Shown here: in pieces, positions 47,682-63,491 of the stretch
How the letters are laid out: every line of letters begins with the position of its first letter
Numbering within the stretch: position 1 is the stretch's first letter
Assembly: GCA_964016885.1 (NCBI GenBank)
Contig: OZ024740.1
Span: 111,290,001 to 111,354,000, forward strand
DNA from: Eledone cirrhosa
Taxonomy: Eukaryota
DNA length: 64,000 bases
Direction: 5' to 3'
The notes under the pieces: generated by a model
What the model saw: the letters and a program-made list of their open reading frames with translations, nothing else
Database searches by the model: none
What the model was told of the DNA's origin: nothing
Program-made: the position numbers and the translations under genes

Positions 47682-47978
47682 TATAAAGAAAAAAAGGTGA
47701 AGTCGAAAATGCAACTGGAGTCTTATTTTTTTTTTAAATATATATATTTATTTGGTTCCTTTACCGGTTTCGCAGTTCTTCTGCTTTTCAAAAGTAGTGT
47801 TGTGATGGAGGGTCTGTGGTTTTTCTCACATCTGAGAAAAACCACAGACCCTCCATCACAACACTACTTTTGAAAAGCAGAAGAACTGCGAAACCGGTAA
47901 AGGAACCAAATAAATATATATATTTAAAAAAAAATTAGACTCCAGTTGCATTTTCGATTTCATCTTTTTTTCTTTATA
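47682..47978. repeat. Near-perfect about 145-bp-arm palindrome (inverted pLTR-like fragments) centred at about 47830
   Basis: The arms are reverse complements with a loop of a few nt; each arm has a TTGAAAA hammerhead. Confidence 0.9.
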
Positions 47979-49839
47979 TATATATATATATAAATATACG
48001 TTATTCCGGGTTGAATCGGAGGTAACCACAGTAAGTAAGGTACTCAATACATAGCAGAGTATATAAATATATATATATGTACATATATTTATGTAGCAGA
48101 GTAATTCGTGGTAGAGGGATCGTATATATATATAAATATGTACATATATATATATATAGTATTAGTTATACTATTTATGGTTATGTAAACACAAAACCTT
48201 AAGCAGTTGTAAGTATTTTACACACACCCTAAATAGTGGTAGGCAGTAATGTATTACTACCTTATTACCAGTAAGTTAAGTAGCTCAATGTAAAAACATC
48301 AGATGATTTACAGAGCAGTTATATGAAATATAAGAATCAAAGAACTGTTCAAAACATTATTGTGCTTACAGCTGTTTCCTCCAAACCGAGGTTTGGATTC
48401 TTCGGAGCAATTTATTAATGCATGGACAGTTATATGACCTCCTTTTCAGCCGAGAGACATACCAATACATATTCAAACATTGATACATATTCAAACATTG
48501 TGGGTCAACATTCATTACAGAATTTAGAGTGGCAGTACACACTTCGAGATTACATTTATATTAATAGGTACAATCAAAAATCAAAGATATAGGTTAAAGT
48601 ACAACATGAAGATAAGTGGTTATATAGTGCAAATGTTATATGTGTGGCACGCATGTGCGTCTTGTTTATATAGTGTGGCAGAGAGATATGTGTGGTAGAG
48701 GCACTTAGGTAGGTAAATAAGAGTGTTAGGTTGGTAGATCTGGTGGCAAAGTCTTTATATGATTGATATAGTCTGTGTGTGGAGAAATATTATAAGCATT
48801 AAAGATAGTGCAAGCATTAAAAGTGTTATAAGTATTGGAGATGCACAGCGCAGGGATGTCAAGTAATTCATGTACTTCGGCATTTTCATGGTCAAGGGAG
48901 TGTATATTTCGATTATATGCCTTTCACATAATCCACGACAATCCAGTTAGAGATCGTAGTCTGGTGTTCTTTAGTTCGATACAGGAGGTTGTTACGTTTC
49001 GAGAGACGCCATTGAATACCGGAAGTGTGTGTGTGGCTAAGGGGAGTTAATGCATGCGGGGAGGTAACTCTGGGGTTTCTATATCTAGCCATTAAAATGT
49101 GTCCCAATATAGACCCTAAATTCTATGGTGAGGTGCACCTTCCAAGAGAGACTTTTAAAGCATAAAGTGTACTAACTATAGAGTAGTTTAACTAAATTAT
49201 GCTGAAGGTGATCATATTATTATTAAGGTGGATTAACCCATCTTAAGGTGCTACAAATGGAAATTATAGATGATGAGCGAGGATTCTAAATTAATGATCT
49301 CTGTGGTTGTAGTCTGCTCATATGACCAGGCGCGGTGATTGCAGGATTGCTTCAGGACCCAATGATCTCTGGTAAGATCTGGGTCATCGCTTGCTACATT
49401 GGATGTCGAAAGATAATCGTCCCCAGGCAGGCCAAAGGTCAATCCGCAGTCCTCGCGACCCCTCTCTGACCATCAGATCATCCATATACGTACAACCCGC
49501 ACGGCAGTTGCATTGCATTCACTCACTGCGCTCAGCAGCCTGGTCCTACTGGTCAACAGCGCTACTCGATTAAATCATTTTACATCTGTCTAAGGAAGGT
49601 GTGCCACACATAACATTTGCACTATATAACCACTTATCTTCATGTTGTACTTTAACCTATATCTTTGATTTTTGATTGTACCTATTAATATAAATGTAAT
49701 CTCGAAGTGTGTACTGCCACTCTAAATTCTGTAATGAATGTTGACCCACAATGTTTGAATATGTATCAATGTTTGAATGTGTATTGGTATGTCTCTCGGC
49801 TGAAAAGGAGGTCATATAACTGTCCATGCATTAATAAAT

Positions 49840-49886
49840 TGCTCCGAAGAATCCAAACCTCGGTTTGGAGGAAACAGCTGTAAGCA
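49840..49886 (+). ncRNA. Hammerhead with a CCGAAGA (U4C) core; also at 54040-54086 (+) and 48363-48409 (-)
   Basis: tgct-CCGAAGA-a-tccaaacc-tc-ggtttgga-g-GAAA-cagctg-TA-agca. Confidence 0.82.
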
Positions 49887-50135
49887 CAATAATGTTTTGA
49901 ACAGTTCTTTGATTCTTATATTTCATATAACTGCTCTGTAAATCATCTGATGTTTTTACATTGAGCTACTTAACTTACTGGTAATAAGGTAGTAATACAT
50001 TACTGCCTACCACTATTTAGGGTGTGTGTAAAATACTTACAACTGCTTAAGGTTTTGTGTTTACATAACCATAAATAGTATAACTAATACTATTAACTGC
50101 TCCATATCGTTGAGCTGACATATAATATTGCCAAT

Positions 50136-52596
50136 ATGCTAATCAAAGACCAACTCCCCATGTCAACCAAGAACATACCAATACCATCCAGGAATACATA
50201 TGAGAAATTGCTGATCAACAGTGTAAATTCATTTATCAATAGAGTGAGATGGAGGACATTCCATTATGATAGAAACAAATCTAACAACTTGAATAATACT
50301 AACAATTTTGACTCCTTCGGCTTTAAAACCTTTAAAAGCCCCCCTCATAACACTCTACTTAACTCCTTTGAAAATGACCTAGTTAAACTAGTTAAGAACA
50401 TTAAATACAATAAGCACCATATTAGAAGCAACACCTTCTTAAACAAACTTAACACTTCTATTAGTGGATTCAAAACTAGTAATAAAATTATTGTACACGC
50501 AGATAAAACTAATAACATATACAGCCTAGATTATATTACTTATAGAAAGTTTATATATAATGAACTACATAAAAGCTACAAAAAAAACCACCTTGAAAAA
50601 CTTAGAAGATATTAATGTAGAGGGTTATAATATAGTGTCTAAACTAGGACTACAGAGGCATACACAACCTTTCACTCCGAACCCCCCTAGATTCTCTCTG
50701 AAGGACCATAAGGAGAACTTCATCAGCAACCCCACGATAAGACTTATCTGCCCTTCCAAGTCCGACATTGGTATTATCAGCAAGAAGATTTTGGATAAAA
50801 TCATCCCACAAATTAAACACAAGATACACCTTAAACAATGGGGAAATACGGGTGAAGTAATTGAATGGTTTAAGGATATCAAGAATAATAAGAACAAAAG
50901 ATTTATTCAATTTGATATCAATTCATACTACACCTCTATTTCCCCTATCCTATTAAATAAGGCACTTATCATGGCCATGACCAATAGCGACCTGACTAGA
51001 GCCCAGGTTGATGTCATCCTTGCGGCCCGTAAAACCATAATCACCTTCGAGGACCAACTATGGACACGCAAGGATACGCACAACAACTTCGACATAACCA
51101 TGGGATCTAGTGACTCGGCGCAGGTCACTGATTTGGTCGGCCTATACCTCCTCAATGAAATCCATAAAGACCTCCCTTACCTCAACGGTGGTTTGTACCG
51201 CGATGATGCACTTCTACTCATAGAATATAAAAAATTTAATATAGAAAGAACTAGAAAACAACTGCATAAGACATTCAAAAACTTTAACCTTAGTATCACC
51301 ATGGACAAAAACACTAAAAATGTTAACTTCCTAGACGCCACACTATACCTAGACTCAAAAATATATACACCTTTCCATAAGCCTAATGAGAAACTTATTT
51401 ACGTAGATACCAAGTCTAATCACCCTAGATCAATATTAAACTCTATCTCTAAGGGGGTGTCCAATAGAATCTCTAGTCTGTCCTATGACGCAAACATATT
51501 TAGCAAAAACTCACAATATTACAATCAAGCATTAGCTAGCTCCGGCCATAATATAGAAATTGAGTTCCTACCTAAGAAAACACATAGCTACAACATCATC
51601 TCGCACAACATGTCCATGAGGAAATCTAATAATAGGAATAGCAACCACAAGTACACCAAAGCGGAGGGTGCCACCGGAAGTAACCATTACCATGGAAACT
51701 ACTGTGAGGCCTTAGGAGGAAGCAACACACCAAACACTAAAAGCAAAAATAGAAGAAGAAATAATACATTTTTCAACCCTCCTTTCAACCTAAATGTCTC
51801 CACCAACATACCTAGGGCTTTCTTCTCACTACTAGATAAAAACTTCCCTCTAGGACACAAGTACCACAACCTCTTAAACAAAAACACCATTAAAATCTCA
51901 TACTCTACGACGCCTAACTTAGCATACCACATAGCTAGCAGCAATAATAGTAAAATTAGTTCTTACTCCCAACAAACAAAATCACAACGGGATGCAAACC
52001 CTCTAAATACCACTGTAGCAAGCAACAATAGCAACGGCAGTAACAATAGAAATAACACTAGTATAAGTAATAACACCAGGGTTGTCAACCTGAACACCCA
52101 AAATCCTATATCCACCACACAGACTTCCGCATTGCATTATAACCAGCGGACTAACGCACAGAATAATTGTAACTGTAGAGCTAATAGAACCTGCCCTTTA
52201 GATAAAAAATGCCTAACCAAGGATGTCATATACTCATGCACAGTCACGACTAATAACTCTTCAGAAACCTATGTAGGCTCCACTTCTAACTGCTTCAAAA
52301 TTAGATATAACTCACACATCCACTCGTTCAAAAAGCACAGCCTAGCCAACTCCACCTCACTTTCTAGCTACATACACTATCTAAAATCTAAAAATAAACC
52401 ATACACACTCAAATGGGAAGTGATAGGCAGCGCGACCTCGTACAAACCACCTAATAAATTCTGTAACCTCTGTATACTAGAGACACACAATATTATCTTC
52501 TCCAACCGTAACCTACTTAACAAAAAATCTGAGGTGTTTGCAACTTGCCAGCACCGCCTCAGACATTCCTTCCAAAACTTTAAGCCCTATATATAG
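50136..52596 (+). CDS. Penelope (Naiad) RT + GIY-YIG endonuclease, about 820 aa, single +1 frameshift in the A8 run at 50580-50587
   Basis: STKNIPIP, RVRWR, FGFKT, FENDL, ADKTNNIY, SLKDHKENF, FDINSYYTSI, MGSSDSAQVTDLVG, GLYRDD, FNPPF, CNCR..CPL...C, VIY..YVG, CNLC, CQH. Confidence 0.92.
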
Positions 52597-54117
52597 CAAT
52601 GTCGGACTGGAACCTAACACCACATCTAGCATCAAACACCAGAGACACACCCTATACTACATACCCAACACTAGCTGATCCATTATAACACAAACAACGA
52701 CATCCCTCTGGTACCCTTCGCAGGGAAAATACCCATTTATACCTCTACGGCAGGTGTGACAACATCCACCCACCTGGACGGCACTACACCGCTCTAAGGG
52801 TAATTTGAGCATGAATTGATCGGTTGGATGGTGTTGGGCAGAGGAAACACCTTCCTTAGACAGATGTAAAATGATTTAATCGAGTAGCGCTGTTGACCAG
52901 TAGGACCAGGCTGCTGAGCGCAGTGAGTGAATGCAATGCAACTGCCGTGCGGGTTGTACGTATATGGATGATCTGACGGTCAGAGAGGGGTCGCGAGGAC
53001 TGCGGATTGACCTTTGGCCTGCCTGGGGACGATTATCTTTCGACATCCAATGTAGCAAGCGATGACCCAGATCTTACCAGAGATCATTGAGTCCTGAAGC
53101 AATCCTGCAATCACCGCGCCTGGTCATATGAGCAGACTACAACCACAGAGATCATTAATTTAGAATCCTCGCTCATCATCTATAATTTCCATTTGTAGCA
53201 CCTTAAGATGGGTTAATCCACCTTAATAATAATATGATCACCTTCAGCATAATTTAGTTAAACTACTCTATAGTTAGTACACTTTATGCTTTAAAAGTCT
53301 CTCTTGGAAGGTGCACCTCACCATAGAATTTAGGGTCTATATTGGGACACATTTTAATGGCTAGATATAGAAACCCCAGAGTTACCTCCCCGCATGCATT
53401 AACTCCCCTTAGCCACACACACACTTCCGGTATTCAATGGCGTCTCTCGAAACGTAACAACCTCCTGTATCGAACTAAAGAACACCAGACTACGATCTCT
53501 AACTGGATTGTCGTGGATTATGTGAAAGGCATATAATCGAAATATACACTCCCTTGACCATGAAAATGCCGAAGTACATGAATTACTTGACATCCCTGCG
53601 CTGTGCATCTCCAATACTTATAACACTTTTAATGCTTGCACTATCTTTAATGCTTATAATATTTCTCCACACACAGACTATATCAATCATATAAAGACTT
53701 TGCCACCAGATCTACCAACCTAACACTCTTATTTACCTACCTAAGTGCCTCTACCACACATATCTCTCTGCCACACTATATAAACAAGACGCACATGCGT
53801 GCCACACATATAAAATTTGCACTATATAACCACTTATCTTCATGTTGTACTTTAACCTATATCTTTGATTTTTGATTGTACCTATTAATATAAATGTAAT
53901 CTCGAAGTGTGTACTGCCACTCTAAATTCTGTAATGAATGTTGACCCACAATGTTTGAATATGTATCAATGTTTGAATGTGTATTGGTATGTCTCTCGGC
54001 TGAAAAGGAGGTCATATAACTGTCCATGCATTAATAAATTGCTCCGAAGAATCCAAACCTCGGTTTGGAGGAAACAGCTGTAAGCACAATAATGTTTTGA
54101 ACAGTTCTTTGATTCTT

Positions 54118-55520
<1,403 letters not shown>

Positions 55521-55772
55521 AGGCTTCTACATAAACTGGAAATATTCTCCCAAACTTGTAGAAAACTTATAATGAAACAATTGTTTGGAAAGAGAGATAT
55601 ACTTTAACTTTAATTATATCTCATAAAATAATACAACTGGTTTTTCCACATTATACCTATTGTTAGCACCCCAAACACTTAAATTGAGTTTATATTTTAA
55701 TATAACCTGATGTTTGTTGAGTGAGATGGTTACCAGTCAGAGTTTAGCTTTAAACTATCTCTGTTATTGTAT

Positions 55773-55829
<57 letters not shown>

Positions 55830-55946
55830 ATAAATAAGAGAAATTCCAACTTTGTCTGATTTATTCGTTTTATTTACAATCCTTTAAGATTTATAATGGT
55901 ATTATAATGAAATAGTATGATAGAATATTAAATGTTAAGTGTTAAT

Positions 55947-55985
55947 TGAACAAGTACTTTCATGCTTTCGCAATCTTCAGGTTCA
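55947..55985 (-). ncRNA. Canonical minimal type I hammerhead in a solo pLTR fragment
   Basis: tgaac-CTGAAGA-t-tgc-gaaa-gca-t-GAAA-gtac-TT-gttca. Confidence 0.88.
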
Positions 55986-56094
55986 TAATGTGTGGTGACA
56001 GTCAAGTTTGCAATTTGGAATTCCTCTTATTAATATAATCTTCTATACACAATCATACAAACCCGTGTATATTTATCTATCTATCTATATATAT

Positions 56095-58060
56095 ATAGAG
56101 GGTAGGGTGTAAACCCGGCTTCGGTGGGGCCCTGATCAACTTGGATCAGTCTAAGGCTTTCGATAAGGTTGACCATCGTTACCTGGATGCGGTGCTCAAG
56201 GCGGCAGGCTTCGGACCCGTGTTCAGGGGCTGGATTGCTGCAATGCACAACAGCAACATCTGCTCAAGGGTCAAGGTGAACGGCTACCTCTCGGAACCGT
56301 TCTATATTACGCGATACATTCGACAGAGATGCCCTCTCTCCTCCCTTCTGTACGTACTGACTCTCGAGCCACTACTGCGGAAGCTGGAGCTATTGTAGGG
56401 CATCCCTCTTGAACCGGGACTGCGGAAAGCGGCGTCGGCCTACGCCGACGAGGTGACAGTAATGGTGTCGAGCGCCTCGCAAATCGAGGAAGTCGGCACC
56501 TTACTGAAGGAATACGAAAGTCTCACAGGAGCGAAGCTGAACCAGGACAAGTCCATCGGTTTGCAACTCGGATCGTGGAGAGGCAGACCGATGCCTTCCG
56601 ATGGCGTCGTCGGACGCTGGACGGAAGGACCGGTAAAGCTGCTCGGGGTCTGGTTTGGTCCGGACCTCCAGGTGGAGAAGAACTGGAACGAAGTGACGGC
56701 CAAGGTGTTTGCACTCACCCAGAAGTGGGCCGAGTGCAAACTATCCTTGAAAGGTCGAGCGGAGGTTGCGAACACTTTTATAGCGTCCGCCATCTACTAC
56801 CGCTTGACCGTCGTGCCTTGTCCAGCCAAAACGCTCGCCAAAATGGAGCGCGCGCTCTTCCGATTCCTTTGGAAGAGGCGGGCTCCTTTGGTGAGAAGAT
56901 CCATCTGCTGCCAACACCCTTCTAACGGAGGGCTGGGGATGCCGTGGTTGATGATGCGCAAACACGCGCTCAGGCTGCGGCATCTCTACGAATTCCTCAC
57001 CGGACAACCGGTGTGGGCCCCGTTCGTGAGGCCAGCCTTCCCACGACTCGTCTCGCTGACCGAGCTGCAGTCCTGGGTCAAGCAAAGACCGAGGAAAATG
57101 GGCGACTGGCACATCGAATGTGCTCAGGCGCTCACAGCCCTCTGGCAGGCGGACCCGGCGATCAGTGGAGACTCCACTTCGTCATTCTATAGAGGGTTGG
57201 TCCGCAGCAAGTGCGACGGCGCGCTCGGTGAAACTCTAGGCGTAGAGGAAGATGAACTGGCCAGTCTGTTCGGTAGGACCTTCCGCCCGGGACCGATGGA
57301 CAACTTCCAAAAGTCCCTGGCCTGGCAGTGCTACCGAGGAGCTCTACCAGTTCGAGACAAGCTCTACAGACATGGGCGCTCGGGCAGGGACCCTGCAAAA
57401 AAGATCTGTCCGAGGTGCGTGCGAGAAGAAGAAACCGTCGCGCACGCATTCATACACTGCCCGGGCGTCACTGACCTGTGGGGCTATGTAGAACGACTAT
57501 TGTCGCGGGTGGGACCGATCCAGTTGACCACCGAGTCCATTGTCATGATCAAACCGCCACCCTCCTTCAAAAACGAAGGAGAGGCGGTTTTCCTTTGTGT
57601 GATAGCTATGGCGAAAGAGGTTGTATGGTGGACAAGGTTGAAAGGGCTGAGGTCAGACACCTTTCTCTCCGGCCAACAACTGATTCTTTTTTTCAAATAC
57701 CACTTTGGAAGAAGAATCAGGATGGAGAGAGAGGTGCTGTACCCCAGCAAGTTTTATGAAAGGTGGGTGAAAGTGGCGAGAATGGCCCGAGTGAATGGGC
57801 CTTCTCTCTATATCAGCCTGTAGGTTGAGGAAAAGGAGGAGGAGAGGAAAGGAGTACAAACTCTTCGTACTCTTGGAGATGAGGGTTGCACATTTTTTTC
57901 GGGGGTATGTGTTACCCATATACACTGTCTCCCTCTTTTGGGGAAAATCGACTAACTTTTTAAATTCCATTTGTGATAACATTTTACACGTTTTTATTGT
58001 ATGTAAACTTCCCCCTTTGTTCTTGTCCCCTTCTTTTGTGCCCCTGTGGCTAATAAAGAA
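56095..58060 (+). mobile_element. 5'-truncated Tx1/L1 LINE (RT + Zn finger), sister family of 22548-28472, inserted in (TA)n
   Basis: DQSKAFDKVDH, RQRCPLS, YADE, GGLGMP, CPRC..ETVAHAFIHC; stop at 56396-56398; ends aataaagaaa. Confidence 0.92.
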
Positions 58061-58291
58061 ATATATCTATATATATATATATAAAGAAAAAGGGATGAAA
58101 TCGAAAATGCAACTGAAGTCTTATTTTTTTTTTAAATATATATATTTATTTGGTTCCTTTACCGGTTTCGCAGTTCTTCTGCTTTTCAAAAGGTGACTTC
58201 AGTTGCATTTTCGATTTCATCCCTTTTTCTTTATACTTCCACTCGTGTAGGACACCTCGGTTATTTTTCATTTTGTAAAAAAAAACCTCAC

Positions 58292-58323
<32 letters not shown>

Positions 58324-58378
58324 GGACATATATATTTAAATATATATATATATATATTATGTATATATATATATATAT

Positions 58379-58433
<55 letters not shown>

Positions 58434-58464
58434 TATGTATATATATATATATATTATGTATATA

Positions 58465-58569
<105 letters not shown>

Positions 58570-59539
58570 GTATATATATATATATATATATATTGGTAAA
58601 AAAGGAATAGAATATGCTGACAAATTGTTCTCAGTGAAAAATAGTTTAATTAGGAATAAGTAAAAATCTGTAATATTCTTGGTTAGTATTCAGTTTTGGT
58701 TTTAAGTTTTACCGGTTGCGCATTTCTAATGCTTTTCAAAATTAATTTTGAGATTGAACGTCTGTGATGTTTGCTCTAATCTGATTAGATTTGGAAATTC
58801 TACCTCTTTTATGTAAAAAAAAGTTGCTCCAGATGTATGAAAAAATTCTTGTGGTCCAAACAATTTTGATTGGTCGGTAGAGGTCATGTGAATGTTAAAA
58901 ATTGATTTTGCGCCAAATTAGGTTTGTCTCGGCTGATTGAGAAGTCACACTGACCATCCATCTACCACAAATTACTCTGCTACACACACACACACACACA
59001 CACACACTTGTCTTAATAGGCATTTGAACTGTCAACAAGCTGCGGTTCGCACACACATCACTGCTGACCATTATCACAACAACGAACCTCTTTACTACTA
59101 CTACTACACACACACACACACACACATATTTGTCTTGAAAGACTTATTTTTAAGTGACTTCTCAATCAGCCGAGACAAACCTACATTTGGCGCAAAATCA
59201 TTTTTTAACATTCACATGACCTCTACCGACCAATCAAATTTGTTTTGACAGCAAGAATTTTTTTACACATCTGGAGCCACTTATTTTACATAAAACAGGT
59301 AGAATTTCCTAAACTAATCTGATTAGAGCAAACATAACGAGCGCTCTATCTCAAAATTATTTTTGAAAAGCATTATAAATGCGCAACCGGTAAAACTTAA
59401 AACCAAAACTGAATACTTACCAATACTATTACCAATTTTTGCTTATTAATTAAACTATTTTTCACTGGGAACAATTTGTCAGCATTTTCTTTTCTTTTTA
59501 CCAATATATCATAACTCGTGTGTTACACCTCTATTCTTT

Positions 59540-59593
<54 letters not shown>

Positions 59594-59596
<3 letters not shown>

Positions 59597-62500
59597 ATAA
59601 TAATAAAATTGAAGACTAAAATCCAAAGAGGGCTCGATAAGGAAAATATATATCAAATATACAAGAACCGTAGAGCAAATATTTATTAACATAACAGATT
59701 AAAGTTTAAGCAAAGAATGGCTGCTTTCACCCTTAACGGGATCTTCTGAAACTAACAAAGTCAATCTGTAAACGCAGAACTGGATATTTCAAAAAAACGT
59801 TGCAACCGGAGGAAGACAGGAAGACGATACTTTGGTTCGTGGTAACGTTCGCTGGCAAAGAACGGGAAAAAACGAATAATACGTCATTAATAGGAGCGGT
59901 GAAAAACAATTACGCGCAAAGACAGAACCACGTTTATGGTATAAAAGAGGTCGTAGACTAATGTTCTTTTAGGTGGTGCATAGAGACGTTCTCTGGCAAT
60001 GAACGAAAAAACGAAGATAATAAGTCAAATGTGGAGCGTGGAGAACAATAGCACGCAAAGACAAAATCACGTAAATGGTAAGCAGAAGTCGTAGACTAAA
60101 ATTCTAACTAGGAGACCAAATGAATCTCCGCTACAGAGTTAAGAACAAAGTAAATAAATACAATACAGAAGTAATAGAAACAAATAAATACATACACGCA
60201 AACAGATACGTACATACGTGCATACGCAAAACCTTACCATAGGTATACAAAACCACGCACATATAAAGATGTGTGTGTGTGTGTATGCTTGTGTACAAAT
60301 AAATAAATAATTATATAAACGTATATAAGTAAATAAATACGCATACCTACATATAAATACACGAATGTTCGGAGACGTAAGTCAACTAAAACAAGAAGTA
60401 CACATATACACACACCCACCATACGTACGAACATGCATACTCACGCAGACGCAAAACTCCCGTATACACATAGCCAAACCCTAAATACCAGAATATGTAA
60501 AAATTATACGCCATAACAGTCAAATATACGTACGAGAAGGTATACATACCTTCACAAAACATACAGGTAATATATACTTACCTATGCAAATAAGTAAAGG
60601 AATAAACAAACATATACTTAGCTCCCACATCAAGACGTAAAATATCCACGTATAGATCGTGCTATCCGTTAGGGTATAACGTGGGGCTGTAATACAGGAA
60701 AGTTTTGTGCAATTTATGTTTACAAGCCTAAATTGCCTCAGATTTTTTGTTTAAGATGTGGTCTGTGGCGTAGAGTATTTCCAGGGCCTCAGCGGCGCAG
60801 AGGTCACATGGTCTTTTATTTCCGTTATACGATCTAGCCCTAGCTAGGATCTCCCAGTGTGACTTATATTGGGTATGGTTGTCTTTTAGACTCCAGATAT
60901 AAGCTGAAAGTGACGTCATATTCCTTCTAAGAGGGTAACGAAAAGAATGGGTATGCATGTAAAGACGCTGCTTGAAACTATTGGCGGTTAACCCTATGTA
61001 GGCCCTACGGGACGTGGGTGTTACAACCTTACATTTGTAGACAATGTTACTAGAGAGGCATTTCCCGGATAGGGGCAATCAGCCCGATTCCTACAATTAC
61101 AGTTAGTACTAACTACAGGGTTGCACGTATTCCTACGGCTAGGTAGTTCAGCTAAATTTGAAGCTGTGATGTTATGTGCAATGTTAGGAGTCGTAGAGTA
61201 AGAAATTTTAATAGTATTTCTATTAAAAAATTTACTATATTTATGTGTAGGGGGAAAATGCTTCGTAATAAGGGAAAGAAAGATCTTAGCTAATGGTGTG
61301 GCCACCTCCATATTATATGGTGGGTTAAACCAACAAATGCGACGGGATCTATTTCTTCTAGGTCTATCTTCGTACTCAGTATATGCTACCTTATCGACAA
61401 ATCCACTTCGAGCAAGAGCTTCATTGTAATAAGTGGAATGGTCGTTGAAAATGCGTTCGTTGGTGGAAAGACGGGAAAGCCTCAACGAAACGTTTCTTAC
61501 CAGGTTCTTGGTTATGCTGGCAGGATGGTTGGAATGCTTACTTATGTAATTAAGCGTATCATTCGGCTTTCTATACGGGTAATACAACCCATTCACTAAA
61601 TTGAGGGTAACGTCGAGGTAATTAACGACCGAGAGATTGGCCTCAACCTGTATAGAGAGGTTGAAGCCTTTAAAGAAGGCTGTGAGTTCTTTTCTGAACC
61701 TGTCGCAAGCACGAGGTCCGCACTTAGTCATGGTCAAAAGACCATCGTCACGGTACAAACCACCGCCCGCGTTGGGGAATTCGTCCTTGATAGAGAAAAG
61801 AAGGAAAAGGCCAATAAGATCAGTAATCAGTAACCTCCGCAGAGTCACTGGCGCCATACTCACGTCGAATGGGGTACTATTGGATTTTCTAATCCAAATA
61901 GAATCATCGAAATTAATCACCGACTTTCGGGCATTAAGGATGACATCAACTTCAAAATCCTTAACCACTGTGAGTGTTTTAGCGAAATTGATAGCTCTAA
62001 GGAGAAGTGGTAAAGTGATGGAGGAGTAGTAATTGTCGATGTCGAATTGGATAAAACGGCAATGTTCCTTGTTACATATGCCGTTGAACCAATCAATCAC
62101 CGCGAAAGAATTGTTCCACAGTGCGAGAGGGGCCAAACTTCTAATTTCAGGTATAATTCTATCAAGAATCGTTTTACTAAGTCTACCTAAATCGGACTTC
62201 GTAGGGTTAATAAGCCGAATAGAGGGGTTGTTCGGAAAATTGGATTTGTGATCCTTCAGGGTAAAGTGGGGAGAGATAGGATCCAGAGGTTCGGTCCGGT
62301 CCAGGATGTTGAGATCAGATGTGATTTTAAACCCAGCATCGTTGATTTCATTGATGACGCACCGATTAGTTTTACGGTAATCCTTAGTTACAGCATTATG
62401 TAGTAGTTGATGGTAAGTACTGCGCTCCACTTGATATAGGTTGCCAGTTTTGTCGGAATGGACGTGCACGGCGTTAGAATCCTTAATAGAACGAATTCTA

Positions 62501-63431
62501 TTCTTCAGGTCTTGCTGGAAGGAATTGCTCCTATTCCGAAATTTGATATTCCGAGTGAGTTCCAAGACATCATTTTCGAAGGGTAGCAATGCTGGGTTCC
62601 ACGGAGGGTTATTATAGGATTTAAATCCAAATTTATCCTGTTTGTTGTCTGCTTTTCGCGGATTATCGAAATAAAAGGCACGCCAACGCAACCATTTAAT
62701 GAACGCGTCTGTTTTCTGTATCAGGAGTTTTAGGTATGTTTTCCTGCTTGGTACGGGTATGTTCTTTGTAGAAATATTCAGATGTTGTTTCTGCATGATG
62801 AATATAAATTAGTAGAGTGCTCAACCGAAGGAGCCAAATAGTAATAATAATAAAATTGAAGACTAAAATCCAAAGAGGGCTCGATAAGGAAAATATATCA
62901 AATATATAAGAACCGTAGAGCAAATATTTATTCAAATAACAGATTAAAGTTTAAGCAAAGAATGGCTGCTTTCACCCTTAACGGGATCTTCTGAAACTAA
63001 CAAAGTCAATCAGTAAACGCAGAACTGGATATTTCAAAAAAACGTTGCAACCGGAGGAAGACAGGAAGACGATACTTTGGTTCGTGGTAACGTTCGCTGG
63101 CAAAGAACGGGAAAAAACGAATAATACGTCATTAATAGGAGCGGTGAAAAACAATTACGCGCAAAGACAGAACCACGTTTATGGTATAAAAGAGGTCGTA
63201 GACTAATGTTCTCTTAGGTGGTGCATAGAGACGTTCTCTGGCAATGAACGAAAAAACGAAGATAATAAGTCAAATGTGGAGCGTGGAGAACAATAGCACG
63301 CAAAGACAAAATCACGTAAATGGTAAGCAGAAGTCGTAGACTTGCGTTACAGATTGACTTTGTTAGTTTTAGAAGATCCCGTTAAGGGTGAAAGCAACGA
63401 TTCTTTGCTTAAACTTTAATCTGTTATTCTA

Positions 63432-63435
<4 letters not shown>
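59594..63435 (-). mobile_element. Full-length Naiad-type Penelope element with direct pLTRs (59594-60100 and 62839-63340) and an inverted tip (63344-63435)
   Basis: Direct repeat pair flanking the ORF; U4A hammerhead in each pLTR. Confidence 0.93.
60662..62796 (-). pseudogene. Penelope RT + GIY-YIG ORF with a compensated frameshift in RT, a -1 frame change before the GIY-YIG and a late TAG
   Basis: STKNIPVP, WRAFYF, SDKTGNLY, TLKDHK, FDIDNYYSSI, GLYRDDG, WFNPPYN, CNCR; GIY-YIG in ORF 60728-61078. Confidence 0.92.

Positions 63436-63491
<56 letters not shown>

Noticed and set aside
49420-49520. HDV-like ribozyme (gcagtcctcgcgacc)
   Set aside because: Could not build the P1.1/P2/P4 nested pseudoknot.
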